A stretch of DNA of 64,000 bases from NCBI GenBank assembly GCA_045546615.1, contig JAZQDD010000028.1, positions 5,626 to 69,625 on the forward strand. Direction: 5' to 3'. The notes beneath the pieces are model-generated. The model worked only from the letters and a program-made list of their open reading frames with translations, did not search any database and was not told the DNA's origin. A program made the position numbers and the translations under genes. This DNA comes from Eubacteriales bacterium (GTDB taxonomy: Bacteria; Bacillota; Clostridia; Oscillospirales; CAG-272). The stretch's first letter is position 1. The number at the start of each line of letters is the position of its first letter. This document shows, in pieces, positions 1 to 7,595 of the stretch.

Positions 1-246
1 TTACCGTCCGTAGATCCGTTTTCGGTACAAGTTGCCGCTTTTCCGCTAACGGTGATCTCGGTATGTCCCGCGGCGGGTATTTCATTCTGTTTTACTGTAA
101 CCGTACCGCAAACGGAGCATTTCTTACCGTCAGTCAGTCCCTTTTCGGTACAAGTTGCCGCCTTTCCGCCGACGGTGACCTCTATGTGTCCGGCGGCGGG
201 CAATACCCGAATTTCATATTCTCCGCACTCGCAGGTGAACTTTTCA
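1..246. repeat. Two tandem copies of a 123-bp (41-codon) coding repeat
   Basis: Bases 1-80 (ttaccgtccgtagatccgttttcggtacaagttgccgc...) recur at 124-203 (ttaccgtcagtcagtcccttttcggtacaagttgccgc...). The period is 123 bp and in frame with the minus-strand lipoprotein. Confidence 0.8.
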
Positions 247-719
247 GCGCCGTCAGATGTGCAGGTAGGAATCTTTGTCACCAGCCTTACAACGTAGCTG
301 TGAACGTGCGGTGCGCTCGTTTCGGGGGGCGTATCCGTAGTTACGTCGGGAGCTTCCGTAGTCACGTCGGGAGCTTCCGTAGTCACGTCGGGAGCTTCCG
401 TTGTTACCTCGGGAGCTTCCGTTGTTACGTCGGGAGCTTCCGTTGTTACGTCGGGAGCTTCCGTTGTTAGGTCGGGAGCTTCCGTAGTTACATCGGGAGC
501 TCCCGTTGTTACGTCGGGGGCTTCCGTAGTCACGTGGGGAGCTTCCGTTGTTACGTTCGGCTCGCTTGTAGTTTCTTCATCGGGAGATGTTGTAGTGTCC
601 GCAGCCGTGGTATCGGGTACTGTTGTAATATCGCCTTCTCCATCGTCACACGCCGCAAAGCACGAGGCGCACATGACAAGTGCAAGAAAAAGCGCAATAA
701 ATCTACTTATTTTTTTCAT
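1..719 (-). CDS. Secreted lipoprotein, 3'-truncated by the window edge (Thr-rich heptad linker plus Cys-rich 41-aa repeats)
   Basis: Absent from the ORF track because it runs off the window. The reverse complement of 719..600 reads MKKISRFIALFLALVMCASCFAAC-DDGEGDITTVPDTTAA: a basic n-region, a hydrophobic core and a lipobox-like FAAC. The frame stays open to base 1. Downstream come 10 TTEAPDV-type heptads, then PAAGHxExTVxGKAATCTExGxTDGxKCxxCG repeats. Confidence 0.8.
   Translation of the reverse strand, partial: MKKISRFIALFLALVMCASCFAACDDGEGDITTVPDTTAADTTTSPDEETTSEPNVTTEAPHVTTEAPDVTTGAPDVTTEAPDLTTEAPDVTTEAPDVTTEAPEVTTEAPDVTTEAPDVTTEAPDVTTDTPPETSAPHVHSYVVRLVTKIPTCTSDGAEKFTCECGEYEIRVLPAAGHIEVTVGGKAATCTEKGLTDGKKCSVCGTVTVKQNEIPAAGHTEITVSGKAATCTENGSTDG
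335..565. repeat. 21-bp tandem repeat, 10 good copies plus 1 degenerate copy (encodes TTEAPDV heptads on the minus strand)
   Basis: The unit ccgt(a/t)gt(c/t)acgtcgggagctt is repeated head to tail with point variants, giving EAPDVTT, EAPEVTT, EAPDLTT, GAPDVTT and EAPHVTT. Confidence 0.95.
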
Positions 720-785
720 TTTTCTTCCCTTAAACCTTACATTTACTATAAACTGCCTTCACACTCATCCGAAGGCAAAGCTCTT

Positions 786-2522
786 TCACTCTTCCAGCAT
801 TGCAACGTACTCCTCAAGGCAGAGTCCGTTTTCATGCATAACGGCGGCGTGGTACTGTCCCACGAAACGCCAATGATACGGCTCAAAACCGATACCCGTT
901 ATCTTTTCCTTGTTTTCGGGGTATCTGAGGATAAAGCCGAATTTGTGCGCGTTTTCAAGAAGCCATGCGTATGCTTCCTCGTTCGCAAACTTTGCCGATG
1001 TTGTGGATAAATTGTGCATATCGCACGCAAATCCCGTCTGGTGGTCACCCGTACCCGGAGCTGCCGAATATGACCTTACCACGCGCTCGGCATCTTCCTT
1101 TGTCATAACGGTCTTACCCTTGGATATATAATTTTCCTTGATATAGCGCTCTCCGAGCACTTTGTACGCCGCATCGCTGAACCACTTGCCGTTGGTTTCG
1201 TAATTCGTGCGATAGTAGTATCTTTCATTATAAACGTATATGTTGAATTGCTTTTCCTGCGCTTCGTATGCGCGGTACGCCATCGTCACCACTACGTCCG
1301 TATATCCCGCGGCGTACATTTCCACGAACAGCGCCTCAAGTGCCTTTTCAGCGTAGAGCGACATCATTGTGCTCTTTCCCTTTTTCACGTTCAGCACGTT
1401 GGTAAGATCCTGCGGAACGTGAGTTGCATCAACGGGATGTGATGAATTTATCAGCACCAGAAAAGCATCTCTGTCCGACGGATCCATATACTTATAATAG
1501 GACGAAAGATCGCAAGTAAAATTATATTTGGGCGTGTCCGTGGGCAGTATCACCGCGGAAGGCGGAAGCGCCTCTACCTTTGGCATTTCAAGAGGTGATT
1601 CGTTCTTTAACAAAAACGAGCAATTCTCCTCTATCGCCACGGTAAGTGTCTTTTTATCCTCGGAAACGCTTACGCTGACACCGCTTATATATCTGTCGGC
1701 AAATACGGCACTTACCCACAGAGAACCGTCACGCAAAAAGCACGGCGCGTCCATGGAAATGCTGACTCCGTTAACAAGAACGTCGGCAGAATCGGTATCA
1801 AAAGCCAACTTTTCGCCCGAGGGGGTGGAAAATATCATATTATCGCTGTCACCGCTGATGTAAATCCCCGCGTAAGATGCGATACCCGACAGGTCAACAA
1901 AGTATTTTCCGTCGACATATACCGAAGAATACGGCAACGTGACCTTATTCTCGCCCGTGTAATACGTTATCTTGTCGGGCAATGGCTCTGTTTTATCATG
2001 CGAGGTAAGTTCAAGCAAAAAAACGCTGAGTGCGATACCGCAAATAATGAAGAGAATACAGATAAAAGCGCCGAAATATCCCATCACCGCTTGTCTGCGC
2101 GCGAGCAAAGCCTTCTTTTTTTCTTCTTTTCGGGCATCTTCCTCTTGCCTGCGCTTTTCCTGCGCGGCGGCTCTTCGTGCCGCGGCGGCGCGTGCCTGCT
2201 CGGCACTTACACTGCGCCCTTGCTCGGCGCGGCGCGGCGCTTTTTTCGGTGCTTGCCGTGTGCGCTCTCCCGACGGCATTGGCGCTGAGTGCTTCTCGGG
2301 TGGTGTTTGACGCGCGGCGGGGGTGCTTTTCGGCACGCCGCTCTCCGCTTGCGGCGCGGCAGGCTCGGCACGGCGGTTGTTTTCAAGGTGCGCAAAAAAC
2401 GCAGGGTCTACTATCGGCTCTTTGGATTCGATACGCGCCTTTCGCTGCTTGTCCTCGTACGCCTTACGGCTTGCCTCGTGCTGTGCCTTTAGGTCAGCAA
2501 CCATCCTGTCCTTTCCCGTCAT
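786..2522 (-). CDS. M15 family D-alanyl-D-alanine carboxypeptidase (VanY-like), membrane anchored
   Basis: The C-terminal domain has VanY-type metal-site motifs (HQTGFACDMH, EPYHWRFVG). The N-terminus is a Lys/Arg/Ala/Glu-rich segment followed by one TM helix (YFGAFICILFIICGIALSVFLL). The RBS is aaaggagg, 7 nt upstream of the ATG. Confidence 0.8.
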   Translation of the reverse strand: MTGKDRMVADLKAQHEASRKAYEDKQRKARIESKEPIVDPAFFAHLENNRRAEPAAPQAESGVPKSTPAARQTPPEKHSAPMPSGERTRQAPKKAPRRAEQGRSVSAEQARAAAARRAAAQEKRRQEEDARKEEKKKALLARRQAVMGYFGAFICILFIICGIALSVFLLELTSHDKTEPLPDKITYYTGENKVTLPYSSVYVDGKYFVDLSGIASYAGIYISGDSDNMIFSTPSGEKLAFDTDSADVLVNGVSISMDAPCFLRDGSLWVSAVFADRYISGVSVSVSEDKKTLTVAIEENCSFLLKNESPLEMPKVEALPPSAVILPTDTPKYNFTCDLSSYYKYMDPSDRDAFLVLINSSHPVDATHVPQDLTNVLNVKKGKSTMMSLYAEKALEALFVEMYAAGYTDVVVTMAYRAYEAQEKQFNIYVYNERYYYRTNYETNGKWFSDAAYKVLGERYIKENYISKGKTVMTKEDAERVVRSYSAAPGTGDHQTGFACDMHNLSTTSAKFANEEAYAWLLENAHKFGFILRYPENKEKITGIGFEPYHWRFVGQYHAAVMHENGLCLEEYVAMLEE

Positions 2523-2565
2523 TTTTGCGCCTCCTTTCTTGCATAATTATTATAAGCTCTGCCGT

Positions 2566-3126
2566 TTATTTTTTCGCTTTCGTTTCTATAAGGAAAAAGT
2601 ACGGCGAGGTGGGGGAATTTACTATTTTTATCTTGGTAATACATAATTTAAAGCGTGAGAGGGTGGAAAAATACTCCTCTATCATTTTGCCCTCGGCATC
2701 GCCCTCGGGATGACCGGGGTAGACCGCAACCGTCAGCACAGCATCATCGCCAAGGAGAGATATCGCCGCCTCTATCGCGGGCATGGTCGTCTCGCGCATG
2801 GTGGTGATGCTCTTATCTCCGCCGGGTAGCCAGCCGAGATTGAACATTCCCGCCTTTATCGGCTCGTTAATGTAATTTTTTGCGTTGTGGTGCGAGTCGT
2901 GTATCAGCGTATAATTTTCGGGACAGCCGACCTCGCGCAGTCGCGCGCGTGTAGACTCCACAGCCTGCGATTGAACGTCAAAAGCGTAGACCTTGCCGCG
3001 CTCGCCGACTGTTTTTGAAAGAAACTCGGTGTCGTAGCCGTTTCCCATAGTAAAATCGGCACAAACGTCACCCTCACCGAGATGCGTGAGTATAAATTGC
3101 TTGTGGAGTGACAAAAGATCTATCAT
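2566..3126 (-). CDS. Class I SAM-dependent methyltransferase (YtqB-like putative RNA methylase)
   Basis: It has a DFTMGNGYDT motif-I-like Gly-rich loop, is 186 aa long, and has an agaggtg RBS. Confidence 0.6.
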   Translation of the reverse strand: MIDLLSLHKQFILTHLGEGDVCADFTMGNGYDTEFLSKTVGERGKVYAFDVQSQAVESTRARLREVGCPENYTLIHDSHHNAKNYINEPIKAGMFNLGWLPGGDKSITTMRETTMPAIEAAISLLGDDAVLTVAVYPGHPEGDAEGKMIEEYFSTLSRFKLCITKIKIVNSPTSPYFFLIETKAKK

Positions 3127-3176
3127 TTCACACCTCTATTATTTGTAAATTTGAGAAAATTATTCCTCTGTCTGCT

Positions 3177-3881
3177 TTATTTGTTTTTTCTGTGCAGATC
3201 GGAGCGCAAAAACTTCATAGCCCTCTCGACCGAGTCCTTGGAATTGCCCCAAGGCTCTTCATCGTAGCGGTAATCAAACTTTTTGCAGAACCACGAAACG
3301 TCCTCGCAAAGCGAGTCAAAGTACGGAAGCACCACCGCCTGCGAAGCCTTTGAAAACTCACCGTAGCTCTTTTTGGAGAGCTTTGCCTTTGCCACCTCAA
3401 GCATAGCGCGAAAATGCGGCAGGCAGAAATACGGCTGGGCGGAAAACTTTTCCCTGAATTTTTCCTCGGTGCTCCACAGATAGATGATATTGTCTATAAG
3501 GAGCGTAAAATTGGCGTTTATCCTGCCGCAAACGTAGCAGGTCTCTTCAAGCTCCGCAAGGCGCGCGCGTGCGGGATATCCCGTTACGAGCAGAGGCTTG
3601 TCCGCTATATCGGAACGAAGCTCGGCAAGGTGGCTCTCAAGCGTGAGTGCCATGCCAAGGCGGTTCTTGCGCTCAAACATCATATTGCTGTGTGTGGCGC
3701 AAAAGCCGAGCTTGTTTGTCTGTATGCGCACGTCAGGCTCCATCATGGATGCGCCGAGTATCAACTCCAGCTCGTTTTCCTCAAGCATTCGGTGAAGCGA
3801 GCATACGGGACAGCCGCAAGTATGGTCGTCGCGGCTCATATCAAAATGCTCGTTTATCGGGATCGTATATATCTGATTCAT
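3177..3881 (-). CDS. Conserved Cys-rich hypothetical protein (possibly a DUF6062-type family; recalled from memory only)
   Basis: The 234-aa ORF has a ggag RBS. It carries four Cys/His clusters: HTCGCPVCSLH, FCATH, CYVCGR and FCLPH. Confidence 0.45.
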   Translation of the reverse strand: MNQIYTIPINEHFDMSRDDHTCGCPVCSLHRMLEENELELILGASMMEPDVRIQTNKLGFCATHSNMMFERKNRLGMALTLESHLAELRSDIADKPLLVTGYPARARLAELEETCYVCGRINANFTLLIDNIIYLWSTEEKFREKFSAQPYFCLPHFRAMLEVAKAKLSKKSYGEFSKASQAVVLPYFDSLCEDVSWFCKKFDYRYDEEPWGNSKDSVERAMKFLRSDLHRKNK

Positions 3882-3979
3882 TTTAACTCCGTCTTGAAAT
3901 CCATCGTATTTTATTGTATAATGTATACATAGTTAATTATAGCAGAAAATTTGTAACATATCAAGGATAAAAAAGTAAA

Positions 3980-4864
3980 ATGCAGACCATTTTGGATAAA
4001 ATATATTTCGACGGACATACCGTAAGGATAAACGGGGCGGATTTTTTCGACGTTTGCGCCATTTTTGAGTGCGGACAGGCGTTCCGCTTTGACAAAGTAG
4101 AGGGAAGCGCCCACGGCGCGGAATACGGCGGCGTTGCAAACGGACGCTATATCTCGGTGGCGCAGGACGCTGACAGCATTACCGTATACGGCTGTGACGA
4201 GGCGGATTTTCACAATATCTGGCGCGGATATTTCGCCCTTGACGAGGATATGGAAGGAATAAGGCGCGACATACTCTCCCACTCGTCAGCTCCTCGCCTT
4301 GCGCACGCCGCCGAGGTCGGCAGGGGCATACGCATACTGCGGCAAGATGCGTGGGAGGCGCTTTGCTCCTTCATCATCTCGCAAAACAACAATATCCCAC
4401 GCATAAAGGGGCTTATCCGCGCCCTTTGCGAGCGTCTGGGCGAGCCGATAGACACCTCGCACATGCTTGCGCACGGTGCGAGAGAGAGGGAGTACGCCTT
4501 TCCAACGCCCGAGGCTGTTTGCGCGGCGGGCGCGGACGTGCTTCGTGAGCTGAAAACGGGATTTCGCGCCATATACATATACGATGCCGCCTGCCGTGTG
4601 TGCGACGGCAGACTAAACCTTGATGACGTGCGTAACGCCCCGACCGCCAAGGCTTCCGAAATGCTGCAGGAAGTATCGGGCGTAGGCCCGAAGGTTGCCG
4701 CCTGCACGCTCCTTTTCGGTTTTGGGAAGCTCGACGCCTTCCCCGTTGACGTGTGGATACGGCGCGTTATTGAAAAATACGGCTTTGACCCCGCCGCCCT
4801 CGGCGACTTTGCGGGACTCGCCCAGCAGTATCTTTTCTACGCCGAGCGCGAGGAATCAAAATAA
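3980..4864 (+). CDS. 8-oxoguanine DNA glycosylase / HhH-GPD family DNA glycosylase-lyase
   Basis: The HhH-GPD signature is present: GVGPKVAACTLLFGFGKLDAFPVDVWIRRV, with the catalytic-type Lys and Asp. The N-terminal region is OGG-like (FECGQAFRF). Confidence 0.75.
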   Translation: MQTILDKIYFDGHTVRINGADFFDVCAIFECGQAFRFDKVEGSAHGAEYGGVANGRYISVAQDADSITVYGCDEADFHNIWRGYFALDEDMEGIRRDILSHSSAPRLAHAAEVGRGIRILRQDAWEALCSFIISQNNNIPRIKGLIRALCERLGEPIDTSHMLAHGAREREYAFPTPEAVCAAGADVLRELKTGFRAIYIYDAACRVCDGRLNLDDVRNAPTAKASEMLQEVSGVGPKVAACTLLFGFGKLDAFPVDVWIRRVIEKYGFDPAALGDFAGLAQQYLFYAEREESK

Positions 4865-4866
4865 TA

Positions 4867-4900
4867 AATCGGTCAAAGCTGCGGCTTTGACCGATTTATT
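4867..4900. terminator. Bidirectional hairpin terminator, copy 1 of a duplicated 34-bp element
   Basis: The sequence is aatcggtcaaagctgcggctttgaccgatttatt, a perfect 12-13 bp stem flanked by A and T runs. It sits between convergent stop codons at 4864 and 4896. Confidence 0.8.
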
Positions 4901-5135
4901 TTCTTTCCCACTCGGCAAACAACTCGCCGATCGTCACACCCAAAAGCTCCGCTATTCTCGGAACAAGAGCGATATCGGGAAAGTTTACAGACGTCTCCCA
5001 TTTTGAAACGGCTTGACACGTTACACCAAGCTTTTGTGCAAGTTCGGTTTGTGTTATCCCCTTCTCCTGCCGTAGTCGCCTTATATTTTTACCTATATCT
5101 ACCATCTCAATACCCTTCCAAAAAATGTTTTTCAC
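4896..5135 (-). CDS. XRE-family helix-turn-helix transcriptional regulator
   Basis: The HTH_3 pattern is present: IRRLRQEKGITQTELAQKLGVTCQAVSKWETSVNFPDI. Confidence 0.85.
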   Translation of the reverse strand: MKNIFWKGIEMVDIGKNIRRLRQEKGITQTELAQKLGVTCQAVSKWETSVNFPDIALVPRIAELLGVTIGELFAEWERK

Positions 5136-5173
5136 ACCAAAAAGGCATAAACTAAACTCTCACCAAACAATTA

Positions 5174-5216
5174 TACTCAAATATTGAGTAAATGTCAATA
5201 CTCAATTTGTGAGTGT
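5174..5216. promoter_or_regulatory. Two operator-like inverted repeats in the divergent XRE/XRE promoter region
   Basis: There is a perfect 17-bp palindrome tactcaaatattgagta at 5174-5190 and an imperfect second copy atactcaatttgtgagtgt at 5198-5216. Confidence 0.55.
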
Positions 5217-5254
5217 GGTAAGATTTTATAAAACCGCATACCACGGAGGGCAAA

Positions 5255-5467
5255 ATGAACTACCGCACGAGGATGAGAGAACTACGGGAGGACAACGACC
5301 TTACACAGAAACAGGTCGGCGCAATAATAAACAAGTCTCAGCAGGGATACAGCCACATTGAGGATGGACGCGCCGAGCTGAAAATCGATGACCTTATAAC
5401 GCTTTGCCGCTTTTATAACGTAAGCGCAGACTACTTTATCGGACTATCCAATTCCAATAAAAAATAG
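5255..5467 (+). CDS. XRE-family helix-turn-helix transcriptional regulator (70 aa, Cro-like size)
   Basis: The HTH pattern is present: LREDNDLTQKQVGAIINKSQQGYSHIEDGRAELKIDDL. The RBS is ggaggg. Confidence 0.85.
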   Translation: MNYRTRMRELREDNDLTQKQVGAIINKSQQGYSHIEDGRAELKIDDLITLCRFYNVSADYFIGLSNSNKK

Positions 5468-5501
5468 AATCGGTCAAAGCCGCGGCTTTGACCGATTTAT
5501 T
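5468..5501. terminator. Bidirectional hairpin terminator, copy 2 of the duplicated 34-bp element
   Basis: The sequence aatcggtcaaagccgcggctttgaccgatttatt matches 4867-4900 at 33 of 34 positions. Confidence 0.8.
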
Positions 5502-5524
5502 ATTCTTTTGCGAAGCAAAATATT

Positions 5525-7114
5525 TTACGTCTCTGCCTCTTCGACTATCTCGTCACCCTCGGCAAATGGGAGCTTTATGGTCTTTGTCGGGTCTGCGCAC
5601 AGATGCGTATGCACCCTCATTTCGTAATGCAAGCGAGTGTCGACGAAATAAAGCTCGTGCATACTGCCCGATGCCATTACCTTGTAGTGGCTCTTCGACG
5701 TGGGCCAGAAGCATACCGTGGGGTCTATCCTATCGTAAACGCCCGTGGTACAGCCGTCAAAGCCGTGGTGCGAGACCTGTACGATATCGCTCTTGAGTGC
5801 CTTTGTATACCTTTCGCAAATCACCTTCGAGGCGGCGTAGCGCGCGTCACCGAGGAACATCACCGTCTGCCCCGCGATTCCAAGTCTGACAACGGCGGAC
5901 GTGTCGTTGTAGTAGTGAACTATCTCGGGGAAATGGTCGTCCTGCGTATAGAAAACGTCAACTGGAACGTTTCTTATATAAAACTTCATACCCGTGTGAA
6001 TAATATACTTCTTCATATCGGGGAACAGCTCAAGCACTTCGTTGAAATGAACGTGGGGAAGCGGCGGATCGTATGCGTTGTAAACGCACGCACGAGAGGC
6101 GTTGTTGTAATACATTGCCTCAAGGTCTATCTCGTCGGCGTGCTCACGGCAAAATCTGACGAAATTCGCCGTATGGTCCCAGTGCATGTGCGTGAGTATC
6201 CACGCGGCAATGCGTATTCTGCCGCCTTCCTCGCGCGTGTGACGCTTCATTATGCGGTAGAATTTCTCACAGTCATTCGCCTTGTCACCGCCGCCGTCGA
6301 CAACGATGAACGAGCCGTCCTCAAGAGTGAGGAAATATCCGCTTCCGAAGTTTCCTTCCTTATACGCCATACCGAGCTGAGTCATATAGCAATCGCTCTT
6401 TTTCTCGGTGGGTATCGGCTCAAGCGAGGGGAGCATATATCCGCCGTCGCGGCACGTAACTACGCGGATAGCGCACTCAACGGGAATAAAGTAGGTATGT
6501 ATCTTACCTGCCTTCGAGGTATAGGTGGCAAAAAGATTGCCCTCAATGTCATTTTCATCGTAGAGAACGAAGCCCTCGCTCTCCAGCTTCTCCCTGTACG
6601 CTATAAAATCGTCAAGCGTCGCGTCGGGATAATATGCAAGCAGATGTCCCCAGTTCTGGTCGTTCGTTCCGCCTATTTTAAGCGCGGGCTCGGGGAAATC
6701 CGCGTACCATTCGTCCGCGGCAAAAACGCATCTTTCGGGGGCATCCTCACCCTCTGTGATAAGGCGGATAAACTCGGTAACAGCGCGGTCGGTGGTGGTA
6801 TCGTTCCAGCCCGTAACTACGAGCCTTTTGCCTATGAGCGCAAAGCCGTACTCGTTGTAAGCAAGGCTTTCAAGGAACTCGGCGCTTTCTGCCTCGTTAG
6901 TTTTACCGACGAGGACAAGCTCTTCCTTTCCGCAAATATCAACGGTGATGGGAACGTCCGCCTCGCGCTCTGCCATGGCGGCAACTATTTTTTGAGCGCA
7001 AAGCACCTCAAAATCCACCCTGTCCTTTCCGCCGCCAACTTCCTTGGCAATGTCGTCAAGTCCGTACTTGTACGCAACGGAATAGCCGTTTTTTATGATC
7101 TCAAAAATATTCAT
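5525..7114 (-). CDS. MBL-fold metallo-hydrolase with an N-terminal accessory domain
   Basis: It has the HxHxDH motif (ILTHMHWDHTANF) and a later SHHG. The RBS is aggggag. The start lies 1 nt after the stop of the upstream RNHCP gene. Confidence 0.75.
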   Translation of the reverse strand: MNIFEIIKNGYSVAYKYGLDDIAKEVGGGKDRVDFEVLCAQKIVAAMAEREADVPITVDICGKEELVLVGKTNEAESAEFLESLAYNEYGFALIGKRLVVTGWNDTTTDRAVTEFIRLITEGEDAPERCVFAADEWYADFPEPALKIGGTNDQNWGHLLAYYPDATLDDFIAYREKLESEGFVLYDENDIEGNLFATYTSKAGKIHTYFIPVECAIRVVTCRDGGYMLPSLEPIPTEKKSDCYMTQLGMAYKEGNFGSGYFLTLEDGSFIVVDGGGDKANDCEKFYRIMKRHTREEGGRIRIAAWILTHMHWDHTANFVRFCREHADEIDLEAMYYNNASRACVYNAYDPPLPHVHFNEVLELFPDMKKYIIHTGMKFYIRNVPVDVFYTQDDHFPEIVHYYNDTSAVVRLGIAGQTVMFLGDARYAASKVICERYTKALKSDIVQVSHHGFDGCTTGVYDRIDPTVCFWPTSKSHYKVMASGSMHELYFVDTRLHYEMRVHTHLCADPTKTIKLPFAEGDEIVEEAET

Positions 7115-7115
7115 T

Positions 7116-7454
7116 TTACTCCCCTTTCCCTGCGGTAAGCTTTATTATAAGGTCGATATCGTCGGGCTGTACCTTTGCCTCGTGGGCGGCACGGCAACGG
7201 CGTATCTCGCCGCATTTTTGGCATTTATGGATGATAACGTAGCCCTTTTTGGCATCAGGCTCGGTACGGATAGGCTCAAGCGCACCGCCGCAATCGCAAA
7301 GGCGGTCACCCGGATTTATATCGATATGCACCGACCACAGGCAAAACGGGCAATGATTTCTTGACGTATATCCAAGCGGTTCTACACTGCGCCCGCAATG
7401 CGCACAAACGAATCCGCTGTCGTTTTTTGAAAATCTTTTTGCATCAAGTCCCAT
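7116..7454 (-). CDS. RNHCP domain-containing zinc-ribbon protein
   Basis: It contains the literal RNHCPFCLWSVH motif plus CAHCG, CDCGG and CQKCGE Cys pairs. Confidence 0.7.
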   Translation of the reverse strand: MGLDAKRFSKNDSGFVCAHCGRSVEPLGYTSRNHCPFCLWSVHIDINPGDRLCDCGGALEPIRTEPDAKKGYVIIHKCQKCGEIRRCRAAHEAKVQPDDIDLIIKLTAGKGE

Positions 7455-7595
7455 TTTTACTCCGAAATTTCAAAAAAACTCTTTAAGTTTTAAGTATTTT
7501 GTAGTATAATGATTGTGTATATGTAATTATAACACCAAAAACGCCCAAAGGCAATAGTTTTTTGAAAGGGGGAGATAAAAATTAACGAAAAAAGA

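Noticed and set aside
335-565. Regularly spaced 21-bp repeats that might suggest a CRISPR array.
   Set aside because: The repeats are contiguous with no spacers. The period is a multiple of three, and the array lies inside an open reading frame encoding TTEAPDV heptads.
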